DNA of 64,000 nucleotides from positions 459,547 through 523,546 of the forward strand of contig AP024681.1 of assembly GCA_025999335.1 (NCBI GenBank). The letters run 5' to 3'. The stretch's first letter is position 1. The number at the start of each line of letters is the position of its first letter. Shown in pieces: positions 9,982-19,901 of this stretch. A program made the position numbers and the translations under genes. The notes beneath the pieces were generated by a model. The model was not told the origin of the DNA, ran no database searches, and saw nothing but the letters and a program-made list of their open reading frames with translations. The stretch is from Candidatus Parcubacteria bacterium (lineage in GTDB: Bacteria > Patescibacteriota > Minisyncoccia > UBA6257 > HR35).

Positions 9982-11061
9982 ATGATTTATGGAATTTTTA
10001 AAGATAGATTTAATTTCTCTTTATTAATAATAACAATTGTTTTAAGTTTTAGTTTATTTTTTATTTCTTCTCAAAATAATCAAGTTTTAGCTCAACAAAT
10101 TTGTTTGCCAACTGATCAATATTTAATTTGGGAAGGAGATTGGCTTGCTAACAATATACCTATGACTTCTAGCACTCAAAATATTTTAGCCCCTTCGCCA
10201 ATGTTTGTTTTTAATAATAATATAGGTATTGGCACAACCACGCCTCAGTACACTTTACATGTTATAGGTAGTGTTGCCGCTGATACAGTTTGCATTGCCG
10301 GTGATTGTCGTAATGAATGGCCCGTTGCGACCGATAGTGTTAGTGGCTCAGGCGCAGTGTCGCAAGTTGCTTTTTGGGTTGACACAAAAAGAATAAGCGG
10401 AGATTCTAATTTTATTTGGAATACTTCTTCTCATACTTTAGTTGTTAATGGTACAGTAAGTTCAACAAATTTAATTGGTGCTTTAGATGTTGGTTATGTG
10501 CAAGCAGGTGTTTTTGGTAGTAAAGTTGGGATTGGCGATTATACCTTTCCATCTAATTTAACTATTAATAATAATTTATATGTAACTAATACTATTTTAG
10601 CAATGGCAACTATTACGACTAATAAAGCTTTTTGCATAAATAATAGTTGCATAAACGCTTGGCCCGAAACAGACTATGTTAGAGGTACAGGAACAACGGA
10701 TCGTTTAGTTAAATGGATTAATACTTCAACAGTAGGCAATTCAATTATCTATGAAAAAGACAACAAAATAGGTATTAACTATATTAATCCTGAAGCGACA
10801 TTAGACATAAACGGTTCTTTGCAAGTGTTATCATTTATTATGCCTCCAGGCGCGCAAGATGATTATGTTTTAACTTCTGATGATTCTGGTAGGGGAACGT
10901 GGCAACCAAAAGCATCTTTACCTGTGGGTGCTTGCGTTTTAGCTAGTTCTACTGATGCTATACCTCCAAATTCTGGTTTTTATATTGATGCCAGCGTTGA
11001 AGTTATTCAGCAAAACACTGCTACGGGTACATATTATTATATTTTTTGCAAAACTCAATAA
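9982..11061 (+). CDS. Membrane-anchored/secreted tail-fibre-like protein
   Basis: NIGIGTTTPQYTLHVIG, CIAGDCRNEWP, CINNSCINAWP, GTTDRLVKW, VLTSDDSGRGTW. Confidence 0.6.
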   Translation: MIYGIFKDRFNFSLLIITIVLSFSLFFISSQNNQVLAQQICLPTDQYLIWEGDWLANNIPMTSSTQNILAPSPMFVFNNNIGIGTTTPQYTLHVIGSVAADTVCIAGDCRNEWPVATDSVSGSGAVSQVAFWVDTKRISGDSNFIWNTSSHTLVVNGTVSSTNLIGALDVGYVQAGVFGSKVGIGDYTFPSNLTINNNLYVTNTILAMATITTNKAFCINNSCINAWPETDYVRGTGTTDRLVKWINTSTVGNSIIYEKDNKIGINYINPEATLDINGSLQVLSFIMPPGAQDDYVLTSDDSGRGTWQPKASLPVGACVLASSTDAIPPNSGFYIDASVEVIQQNTATGTYYYIFCKTQ

Positions 11062-11069
11062 TTTAAAAA

Positions 11070-14000
11070 ATGAGTGTTAAAATAAAATTTATCTATATTT
11101 TTACTCTTTATTTAATTTTTCTGTTTCTGTTTTTTTTAGTTTTTTATACCATTACTCCATTAGAAAAAGTTCCAGCTCAATTAAGCTGTCCTTACGATGC
11201 CAAGAGATTAAAATTTGTTGGAGAATGGGGTTCGAATAATATAGTTATAACTACTAATAATGATAAATATTTATCAAAGTTAATATTTTTTCAAGCAAAT
11301 AATAATCAAGTGGCAATTAATAAAAGCATATCTTTAGCTAATAAAAATTTAGATATCATTGGCACTTTAGCTTTAACAGGTAATCTATGTCTTAATGGTG
11401 TGTGTCGTTCTGGTTTAAACGAAGTTCGTGGTTTAATTGGCGAGGGAGTTACAGGTTCAGTTGCTTTTTGGGTTGCTAATGATGAAATTCGAGGTGATTT
11501 TAATTTTATTTGGCAAACTTCAACAAGAAATTTGATAATATCTAATCTTGTTACTTCTACTCAGCTTAAAGGAACTTTAAAAGCTGACTATGTAAAAAGC
11601 GGTTCATTTTTAAATAATTTTTTTACTTTTCCGCGAAATTTGAGTATCGGCAATAATTTATATGTAACTAATACTATTTTAGCTAAAGCAACAATTACTT
11701 CTAATAGAGCTTTTTGCATAGGCACTGATTGCAAATCTTTCTGGCCCTGGTTATTGCAAAATTTTGTTCGTGGCAGTGGGACTATTAATTATATAGCTAA
11801 ATGGATTAACCTTGATACCATTAGTAAGTCAATTGTTTATGAAAATAACAATAAAATAGGCATCAACACAACATCATTAATTAGCGATGTAAATGTTGCT
11901 GGGTCTTTAAAATTAAGATGTCTTTTTTCTCCGACAACTACTTGTTTTATTTTGCCAACAACAACTCAAAGGGGCTTTGTTTTAACTTCAGACAGTAGCG
12001 GCAAAGCTTACTGGTCTTCATTTAGCCCAATTCCTCGAAATACATTTATTTTAAGTTTATATCCTGATTTAGATAAAAAATATCCTAATAATTGGAAATA
12101 TGCTAATGCTTATATTTTGTTAAAGTCTAAAGGTGCATGGCTTATACCAAGTTCTCAAAATTTTAAAGAACCAGATGATATATATGACAACATTGATCCT
12201 ATTCGTTTAAGTCAAAAAAGAAGCAATGCAACCGGAGTTCTATATGATTATGCAATAAATAACATAAACATAAAAAGGATATATATATTTGGAGGTAATG
12301 GTGGTGTGTCAAGTGGTAATAATGCTTTAAATACTATTGAATATTTAGATTTAAATTCTAGTACATATCAATTTATTAGCAGTACTACTGTTTTGCCGCG
12401 GAAAATAACTGATTCAAGCGCTGTTTTTAATTCAAACAATGGAGATGTTTATATTATTGGTGGTCGCGATCATGATAGTCTTGACTCAGATCAGCATATT
12501 TCAAATTCTGTTGTTATATGTAAGTTAAACTCGCAGAATCAACAATTAACATGCGGTGAAGATACGAATATTATAAAGCCTATGAATTATCGCCGTAGAT
12601 CTCATAAGGCTATTTTATATAATAATAAAATAATAGTTATTGGAGGGAAGGGTAGGCTTGCAAACGAACCTGATGCAAATAATAAAATTTTAAATACTAT
12701 TGAATATTTAGATTTAACGTCTGCTTCAAGCCAGCGAATATGGAAAATTGCGTCTGCAACTTTAACTGTACCACGAATAAATTTTGATATAGTTTTATGG
12801 CAAGATCCTAGCACCGGAAAGGATGTTGTTTATGTTATTGGCGGCAATGATGAAAACAATAAATGTTACAAAGACATAGAAAAAATTACTTTATCTACAG
12901 GAACAAATCCTATTAGTTCAGTAGAACGCCTAAATGATTTTATTTATTATGTAAGAGATCATTCCTTGGAGATTTTTCAAAAAAGAATTTTTTTGATAGG
13001 TGGTTCAGTCAATAGTCAGATTGGTTGCTATAATGCTAATTTTAGATCTGATCGCGCTTATTATACAGAATCAATCTCATCGTGGTCCTTACTTCCCGCT
13101 CGTTTAAAATATAATGTTTCAAAGCATGTTAGTATAAGTCTTTTTCAAGATAAACCCTATATTTTTGCAATCGGTGGCATCGCTCCTGGAGGAATTACAA
13201 GTTCTATTCAAATATACGATCCTTCTTATCCGGCTTTTATTTTGAATAGCGATTACGATTTACTTTATGATAATAGATCACAAGGAGCAGCTTCAGTGAT
13301 TGTTGATGATAAAATTTTTTACATAGGTGGCAATAGGTTGTCAAACTCATTCAATAAAGTGGCTATTTTATATTTAAATACTACTTCTCTAAAATGGGTT
13401 AATAGTCAACCTATTAATAAAGAGAGAACTTATGCGCAGGCAGTAGTTGCTCAGGGTTATGGTCTTGGTAATAATACTACTAAATATATTTATTTAATAG
13501 GTGGTCACACCGGCAATGCTGCTAATGTTAATAATAGTTTAAAAAGTGTAGAAATACTTGACTTAGAACAATTTAAGTCAAACACAAACACGCCATGGAG
13601 AGAAGTCGCCACCGCTTTTCAATTACCTGAAGAAAGAACTCATCATGGAGCCATAGTAGTTAAAAATAAAATATTTGTTGTTGGTGGTTTTACGCCTCGT
13701 GGTACTGGCTATGAGGTTACTACTTCTATTATAATGCTGAATCCAACAAGTAGTCTTATTGGAGGAAATAAATGGAAGTATGTTGGCAAATTGCCTAATC
13801 CACGTGCGAGATTTGCTATCGCGCCATTTCATAATGATGATAATAATGGTGACGGTTTTTATATTATTGGTGGCGTTACTGATGATATTAATTCCGTTTA
13901 TAAAGATTATACTAATAAGCGAGATGAAATAGTTAGGTGTACTATAAAAAATATCGATACACTTGATCCTTCTGTTGATTGCAAAGGAGCATTGAATATG

Positions 14001-14318
14001 TACTATCAGCGCATGGATGCAAGAGCTAATCTTCTTAATAATGAAATAATAATCATAGGTGGACGTAATCGGGGTACTTTTGATAGTATTGAAAAATTCG
14101 ATTGGCGAAATGTCACTTCTAGCAATACTGCTAGTAGCGTAAAAACTATATATTTGCCTTCAGTTTTGAATTTAGCAAGACATAGCCACATTTCTCATGT
14201 ATACAGGAATAAAATTTTTGTTATAGGTGGACATAGCGGTAGCAATCTTTTGACAGAGACAGAAATTTTTGACAATCCTATATATTACTTATATTATTAT
14301 ATCTATGGCAGTCAATAA
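11070..14318 (+). CDS. Tail-fibre-like protein with 12 Kelch repeats (two predicted six-bladed propellers)
   Basis: N-terminal ~320 aa paralogous to 9982-11061, then 12 hydrophobic-GG Kelch motifs (IYIFGG ... IFVIGG). Confidence 0.75.
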   Translation: MSVKIKFIYIFTLYLIFLFLFFLVFYTITPLEKVPAQLSCPYDAKRLKFVGEWGSNNIVITTNNDKYLSKLIFFQANNNQVAINKSISLANKNLDIIGTLALTGNLCLNGVCRSGLNEVRGLIGEGVTGSVAFWVANDEIRGDFNFIWQTSTRNLIISNLVTSTQLKGTLKADYVKSGSFLNNFFTFPRNLSIGNNLYVTNTILAKATITSNRAFCIGTDCKSFWPWLLQNFVRGSGTINYIAKWINLDTISKSIVYENNNKIGINTTSLISDVNVAGSLKLRCLFSPTTTCFILPTTTQRGFVLTSDSSGKAYWSSFSPIPRNTFILSLYPDLDKKYPNNWKYANAYILLKSKGAWLIPSSQNFKEPDDIYDNIDPIRLSQKRSNATGVLYDYAINNINIKRIYIFGGNGGVSSGNNALNTIEYLDLNSSTYQFISSTTVLPRKITDSSAVFNSNNGDVYIIGGRDHDSLDSDQHISNSVVICKLNSQNQQLTCGEDTNIIKPMNYRRRSHKAILYNNKIIVIGGKGRLANEPDANNKILNTIEYLDLTSASSQRIWKIASATLTVPRINFDIVLWQDPSTGKDVVYVIGGNDENNKCYKDIEKITLSTGTNPISSVERLNDFIYYVRDHSLEIFQKRIFLIGGSVNSQIGCYNANFRSDRAYYTESISSWSLLPARLKYNVSKHVSISLFQDKPYIFAIGGIAPGGITSSIQIYDPSYPAFILNSDYDLLYDNRSQGAASVIVDDKIFYIGGNRLSNSFNKVAILYLNTTSLKWVNSQPINKERTYAQAVVAQGYGLGNNTTKYIYLIGGHTGNAANVNNSLKSVEILDLEQFKSNTNTPWREVATAFQLPEERTHHGAIVVKNKIFVVGGFTPRGTGYEVTTSIIMLNPTSSLIGGNKWKYVGKLPNPRARFAIAPFHNDDNNGDGFYIIGGVTDDINSVYKDYTNKRDEIVRCTIKNIDTLDPSVDCKGALNMYYQRMDARANLLNNEIIIIGGRNRGTFDSIEKFDWRNVTSSNTASSVKTIYLPSVLNLARHSHISHVYRNKIFVIGGHSGSNLLTETEIFDNPIYYLYYYIYGSQ

Positions 14319-16029
14319 AGAATTGGCAAAGGCCTTAAGATTGATAGCTTATTATTTGGCTTTAAAAAATATTCCTTTTAAACCTCAGGCTTATGAAAAG
14401 GCGGCTTATGTAATTGAATCCTTAGAGGAGGATATTGGTGAATTAATAAATAAACAAGGTAAGTATTTTTTAGAACAGCTACCGGGTGTAGGCAAATCTA
14501 TTGCTGAAAAAATTATTGAATATTTGCAATCCGGTAAAATTCAAGAATTAGAGAATTTAAAAAAAGAATTACCTGTTGATATCGAATCTTTGTTAAGAGT
14601 AGAAGGTATTGGTCCAAAGATGATTTATCGTTTATATAAAGAATTGAATATCAAAAATATCGATGATTTAAAAAAAGCTTGCCAAAAGCATCGTCTTAGA
14701 AATATTTATGGTTTTGGAGCTAAAAAGGAAGAAAAAATTTTAAAGAGTTTAGCTTTTTTAGATAAAACCGGTAATCGTTTAATTATTAGCGAAGCTTATT
14801 TTTTGGTTAAGGATCTAACTGATTATTTACAAAAAAGTAATTTAGCAGAAAAAATCGTTGTTGCTGGTTCTTATCGGCGTTTTAAAGAAACAATAGGCGA
14901 TATTGATATTTTAGTTGTTACTAAAAATATAAAACAATTTACAGATTATTTTCTTAATTATAAGGATATTCAGGATGTTTATGCTAAAGGAGATAAAAAA
15001 ATAATGGTTAGATTAGAAAATAATGTTGATGTTGATATTCGTGTTTTTGATAAAGAAAGTTTTGGAGCAGCATTGTGTTATTTTACTGGTTCCAAAGATC
15101 ATAATATTGCTTTGCGCAAGTTGGCTCTTAAAAAAGGTTGGAAATTAAATGAATATGGTTTGTTTGATAGAAATAATCGTAAAATTGCTGGCGCAACCGA
15201 AGAAGAAATTTATGCTAAACTTGGCTTACAATTTATACCACCGGAATTAAGAGAGAATAAAGGAGAAATAGAGCTAGCCTTAGAAAATAAATTACCTCAT
15301 TTAGTAGATTATGATGATTTAAAAGGTGATTTGCAGGTTCAAAGTGATTGGAGTGATGGCCAAGATTCAATTGAAACAATCGCAAAGGCGGCTATAAAAT
15401 TTGGTTTAGAATATGTTTGCATTACTGATCATACTAAATCATTAAAGGTTGCTAATGGCTTAGATGAGGAAAGAATTTTAAAACAAATGGCTGAAATTGA
15501 TAGAATAAATAAAAAATATCGCGGTAAAATTGTGATTTTAAAAGGCGTTGAGCTTAATATCCTTAAAAACGGTTCTGTTGATATTACTGATGATGTTTTG
15601 TCTAAATTAGATTTTGTCGGCGCTTCCGTGCATAGTTATTTTAATTTAGATAAAAAAACACAAACAGAAAGAATTAAAAAGGCAATGGCTAACAAAAATA
15701 TTGATTGCATTTTTCATCCTACGGGCAGATTAATCAATAAAAGACCTCCTTATGAAGTTGATATTGTTGATTTAATTGATTATGCAAAAAAAACTAATAC
15801 TTTACTCGAAATTAACGCTTATCCTGATAGACTTGATTTAAATGATGAGTATATTCGTTTATGCGTTGATAAAGGAGTTAAGATGTTGATTGACAGCGAT
15901 GCTCATTCAACTTCGCATTTTTCTTTTTTGAAATTTGGCATTGCCCAGGCAAGAAGAGGTTGGGCTTCAGCGGCTGATATTTTAAATACTTTAAAATTAA
16001 AAGACTTTTTATTATCTTTAAAACAGTGA
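14305..16029 (+). CDS. polX: DNA polymerase X with C-terminal PHP domain
   Basis: HhH motifs (LPGVGK, VEGIGPK), AGSYRR, GDIDIL, YFTGSKDHN, TDH, DSDAH; ATG at 14305 preferred as start. Confidence 0.95.
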   Translation: MAVNKELAKALRLIAYYLALKNIPFKPQAYEKAAYVIESLEEDIGELINKQGKYFLEQLPGVGKSIAEKIIEYLQSGKIQELENLKKELPVDIESLLRVEGIGPKMIYRLYKELNIKNIDDLKKACQKHRLRNIYGFGAKKEEKILKSLAFLDKTGNRLIISEAYFLVKDLTDYLQKSNLAEKIVVAGSYRRFKETIGDIDILVVTKNIKQFTDYFLNYKDIQDVYAKGDKKIMVRLENNVDVDIRVFDKESFGAALCYFTGSKDHNIALRKLALKKGWKLNEYGLFDRNNRKIAGATEEEIYAKLGLQFIPPELRENKGEIELALENKLPHLVDYDDLKGDLQVQSDWSDGQDSIETIAKAAIKFGLEYVCITDHTKSLKVANGLDEERILKQMAEIDRINKKYRGKIVILKGVELNILKNGSVDITDDVLSKLDFVGASVHSYFNLDKKTQTERIKKAMANKNIDCIFHPTGRLINKRPPYEVDIVDLIDYAKKTNTLLEINAYPDRLDLNDEYIRLCVDKGVKMLIDSDAHSTSHFSFLKFGIAQARRGWASAADILNTLKLKDFLLSLKQ

Positions 16030-16041
16030 AATATTTATTTT

Positions 16042-17226
16042 TTAATTTTCTTGATCGTTGTTGTTTTTAGTTGCTGGTGAACGAGCGGTGATTAATTTAT
16101 AACTTAAAAAGATAATAACTATAAAAGCAATTGTAATCATAATCCATGGTAGAGATTTATATTTTTCTGTAAAGCGACTTTCTTCATTGTCGCAAGCATT
16201 GCCTAACTTATCTTCATCGTCATCTGTTTGATCAGGATTATAATTTAAAGGACAATTATCAAAAGCATTAATAACATTGTCATAATCATCGTCGTCACAA
16301 GCATCACCACGCCCATTATTATTTAAATCTTTTTGATCGGGATTATAAATATTGACACAGTTATCTTTAATATCAGGTATGCCATCTTTGTCGTCATCAT
16401 TTGGTTTAAATTGAGAATTAGAATGAATATTTTCTGGAGTAATGTTGAGAGAGTAAACATTCTTTTCGTTGATTAAATTTGCATTAATATACCCAGTATT
16501 ACCTATATAAATTTCAGGGTTATAGTACAATTTATAATTATGCCCAGGTTTTGCTAAAAATCTTATAAAATAATCTGTTGTTTGAAGAACATTATTTTGT
16601 TGCAAAATTAATTCCGTAATTCTTAAAGGCTGGCTAAAAAAGAAAGTTATAAGCCATTGATTACTTTTTGTTAGGGGGAAATTTATAGTATTATCATTAA
16701 TAGCTTCTTTGGCTAAAACTATTTTTTCTTGTTGACCTTCTATGACTTTAATTTCTATAAATTCAGGCATTTTTGTAAACCTATCTAAATAAAAACTTAT
16801 GCCTGATGATTCCAAAGGTTGAGCTGCTGATATTTTTAAAGTTACGCTATTATTAACTTTACTTACAGGAAATTCAACAAAAGTTTCGTAATTTTTATCA
16901 AAAGCTTTTTGTAATTCTTCTTTAGGTGTTTGATTATTGTATTCTTCGACAGTAAGAGGTATTTCTTGAACAGTAGAAACTTGGTTAAGATAGTAAGGTT
17001 CTAATTTTTTTTCAGTTTCATCAATAAGCAAAATAACATTAATAACATTCTTTAATTCATTAAATTTTAATTCAACAACTTTTGGTTGCGACAGAGGAAT
17101 ATTCTTAATATCAAGATAATGTCTAAATTTTGATATAAGATTATCGTAATTTTGACCGTAGACTGTTGAGAAAAATATTAATAATAAAATTAGAATTAAT
17201 CTATGATTGTTTTGAAGAAGATTCAT
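16042..17226 (-). CDS. Secreted, C-terminally anchored protein with thrombospondin type-3 (Ca-binding) repeats
   Basis: Signal peptide, DxDxDGxxDxxDNC...NPDQ...GDACD repeats, C-terminal TM with basic tail. Confidence 0.8.
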   Translation of the reverse strand: MNLLQNNHRLILILLLIFFSTVYGQNYDNLISKFRHYLDIKNIPLSQPKVVELKFNELKNVINVILLIDETEKKLEPYYLNQVSTVQEIPLTVEEYNNQTPKEELQKAFDKNYETFVEFPVSKVNNSVTLKISAAQPLESSGISFYLDRFTKMPEFIEIKVIEGQQEKIVLAKEAINDNTINFPLTKSNQWLITFFFSQPLRITELILQQNNVLQTTDYFIRFLAKPGHNYKLYYNPEIYIGNTGYINANLINEKNVYSLNITPENIHSNSQFKPNDDDKDGIPDIKDNCVNIYNPDQKDLNNNGRGDACDDDDYDNVINAFDNCPLNYNPDQTDDDEDKLGNACDNEESRFTEKYKSLPWIMITIAFIVIIFLSYKLITARSPATKNNNDQEN

Positions 17227-19129
17227 AGCGATGTTTTTTAATTTCAAAAATAGCGCTTAATAATAAAATTAAACCGACGATGAAGAAAATAATAATTCTG
17301 CGTTCTATTTCTAATGCCCAGGTTTCAACAATTAGTATTCTTGCAATGACTAATAAAATTAAAGCCGCTCCTGTCTTTTTAATTATAGAATGATCAAACC
17401 TTAAGCCGTAAATATACAATCCTAAACCAATTAATACATAAATAGTCAAACTAACAACTGTGCCTAAGAAATAACCAGGATAATTGTTTATATCATAGGT
17501 GTTTCGTACGCTTTCTAAATTAGTTGTTATTAATAAAGCGTGAGAAATTGACCATATTAAATACAAAAATATAACCAAAGCTACAAGAGAATGTATGGTA
17601 GATATTTTTTGACCGATATTGATTTTTTTAAAGAATAAAGCAACAAGAGTAAAGCCTAACATAAGAACCGTTATTAAAAAAAAGCTATCGTGGAATATTC
17701 TTTCATCCCATGAGGTAAATTGCCGTTTTGGTAGATCATAGATATCGTGATAAGCGTAAGTATAAACTTTATACCATCGACCAGTTATAAAATAAGGCAG
17801 AGAAAACATTAAAAGAATAAACAGCATATAACTTAGAAATGTTGTCAGTTTCGTATTTTTTAAAGCTGCGTAGCTGGCAAAGCATAAACCCACTACTTCA
17901 ATCACCAAGGTTATAAGCAAAGAAACATCAGTTAAAAGAATATAGAAGGCATTATTTATAGTTATAAGGCTCATTAGGCTATAAATATAAACACCTAATT
18001 TTTGTTTTGTTGCTTGGAAAAGATAATAGGCTGCTATTATAAACAAGATAGACCATATGACTAAAACAAAAACTTGCCATTGCTCAGCAGTTACTTTGTT
18101 TATCCAATAAATAAGAAGTAGGGAATTGAGAATTGCTGAAATAAATATATTCCTTAATTCATTATTGGAATAATCTTTAATGCTGGCTCTAATAATTTCT
18201 ATTGTATTAGCAATAAAGAATATAAAAACTAATAAATAGGCAAATTTTAAGATTCCTTGTAGTTGAATTGCTGGTAAGTAAGAAGAGAACATTCCATCAA
18301 TATTTATAAAACTATATAAGAAAATAATCAGGATATTAATAATACCGAGAAATTTATTTTGCGTTGTTACCGATAACCAGAGATAGCCAATGGTTATTAT
18401 CGTTAAATAACTAAAAATGAAATAAATATTATAAGTTGAATAATTTAAAATTAAAGGCGCTATTGAACTAATAATTAAACTTAAAGCAGCGAGAAAAGGA
18501 CTATTGTATATATAACTTGTTGCAGTAACATATACTGAAGTTAAGAATATAAACGATAATGAAGCGATAGAATTAAAAAATTCATATAATATTTGCCCAG
18601 CGTAACTTGTGATAATAATGATAGCTAAACCTAAAATCGTCAGAACAGTTCCTTGCATTGAATATTTTTTGATTACTTTAGAGCCTATAAACAAAAAGAG
18701 TAAACCGGAAATAAAACCAATAGCAATTCTTCCTTGAGGACCAATAAGATTGTTTTTGAAAGCATAGGTTATAAACCATAAAAAGGCTAAAATTAATAAA
18801 AAAGCTCCGGCTTTCATTATCCAATTTTCTTTAAGCCAATCAATAAATGATCCTATGTGGCGATATTCTGGAAATTCTTCGGGAGCAGGTATTATTGGTG
18901 GTGGCGGTGGTGGTGGCGGTGGCGATGATATTAATGTTGGAATAGTTGAAGTCGGCGTTTGTTCAGGAGTTGGTTTTTCAGTTATTTCTTTAGTTTTAAG
19001 ATTAAGAGTTAATTCTTGAAGATTCTTTTCAAGTTTGTTCAGTCGATATTTTAGTGTGTTTATTTCTTGAAAGAAAATATAAGCAAAAATAATAATAATT
19101 ATTATTATAATAATCACTCCTATGTCCAT
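17201..19129 (-). CDS. DUF2339-like multi-pass membrane protein
   Basis: N-terminal TM, coiled coil and poly-Pro, then WLKENWIMKAG...LIGPQGRI and many TM helices. Confidence 0.75.
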   Translation of the reverse strand: MDIGVIIIIIIIIIFAYIFFQEINTLKYRLNKLEKNLQELTLNLKTKEITEKPTPEQTPTSTIPTLISSPPPPPPPPPIIPAPEEFPEYRHIGSFIDWLKENWIMKAGAFLLILAFLWFITYAFKNNLIGPQGRIAIGFISGLLFLFIGSKVIKKYSMQGTVLTILGLAIIIITSYAGQILYEFFNSIASLSFIFLTSVYVTATSYIYNSPFLAALSLIISSIAPLILNYSTYNIYFIFSYLTIITIGYLWLSVTTQNKFLGIINILIIFLYSFINIDGMFSSYLPAIQLQGILKFAYLLVFIFFIANTIEIIRASIKDYSNNELRNIFISAILNSLLLIYWINKVTAEQWQVFVLVIWSILFIIAAYYLFQATKQKLGVYIYSLMSLITINNAFYILLTDVSLLITLVIEVVGLCFASYAALKNTKLTTFLSYMLFILLMFSLPYFITGRWYKVYTYAYHDIYDLPKRQFTSWDERIFHDSFFLITVLMLGFTLVALFFKKINIGQKISTIHSLVALVIFLYLIWSISHALLITTNLESVRNTYDINNYPGYFLGTVVSLTIYVLIGLGLYIYGLRFDHSIIKKTGAALILLVIARILIVETWALEIERRIIIFFIVGLILLLSAIFEIKKHRYESSSKQS

Positions 19130-19217
19130 TTTATTTATGGGGTTTTTATTAACAATTTAATTATAAATTATATTTAAATTTATTTTTAGTTTACAGTGTG
19201 GATTACGGAATCAAATT

Positions 19218-19901
19218 TTAAGCAATAGTTAAAGCGATAATATTTTTTGCGCCAGCTTTTTTTAAAGTTTCAGCGCATTCTTTTAAAGTAGCGCCAGTTG
19301 TTTTTATATCGTCAACAAGAATAATATTTTTAGGCGGAAGAGATTTAAGATTAAAACTATTTTTTAAATTTTCTAAACGTTCTTTAAGATTTAAGCCAAC
19401 TTGATCTGGTGTATCTTTTATTTTTATTAAAATATCAGCTATAGGTATAGCCGCAGTTTGATTTATGGCTTGAGCTAAAATATTGGTTTGATTAAAGCCT
19501 CGATGTAGTAATTTTTTTTGAGTAATGGGAACTGGAGTTAGATAATAATTATCAAAATTAAGATTTTGTGTTTGCAATAGTAATTTACCAATTAGACAAC
19601 CTAAATCAAAAATTATCTGTGAGGCGTTGTTTTTGCCATATAAAATTATTTTTTTTAAAATTTCGTCTTCGTAATTACCAAAATGGAGATGTAATTTTAT
19701 AGGATTGCGATGGTTAGTAATATCACATTGTTCGTTAAGACGTTTGCCACATTGAAAACAGTTAATATATAATCGGAAATTTATTTTTTGAAGGCAGATC
19801 TCGCATAAATATTGATTTTTATTTTCGAGGCAGCTTAAACAGTATTTAGGTGATAGAATTTTTTGAATTAAATGATATAATTTAACTAATGATTTTTTCA
19901 T
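19218..19901 (-). CDS. comF: Competence protein ComF (zinc ribbon + phosphoribosyltransferase fold)
   Basis: CxxC pairs, PVP, RGFNQ, LVDDIKTTGAT. Confidence 0.92.
   Translation of the reverse strand: MKKSLVKLYHLIQKILSPKYCLSCLENKNQYLCEICLQKINFRLYINCFQCGKRLNEQCDITNHRNPIKLHLHFGNYEDEILKKIILYGKNNASQIIFDLGCLIGKLLLQTQNLNFDNYYLTPVPITQKKLLHRGFNQTNILAQAINQTAAIPIADILIKIKDTPDQVGLNLKERLENLKNSFNLKSLPPKNIILVDDIKTTGATLKECAETLKKAGAKNIIALTIA
19873..19881 (+). promoter_or_regulatory. Extended -10 promoter (TGATATAAT) for the pil operon
   Basis: Perfect TGn-TATAAT ending 7 nt before the pilM ATG. Confidence 0.55.

Noticed and set aside
8654-14318. Prophage
   Set aside because: No structural, packaging, lysis or integrase genes; the proteins have N-terminal membrane/signal segments
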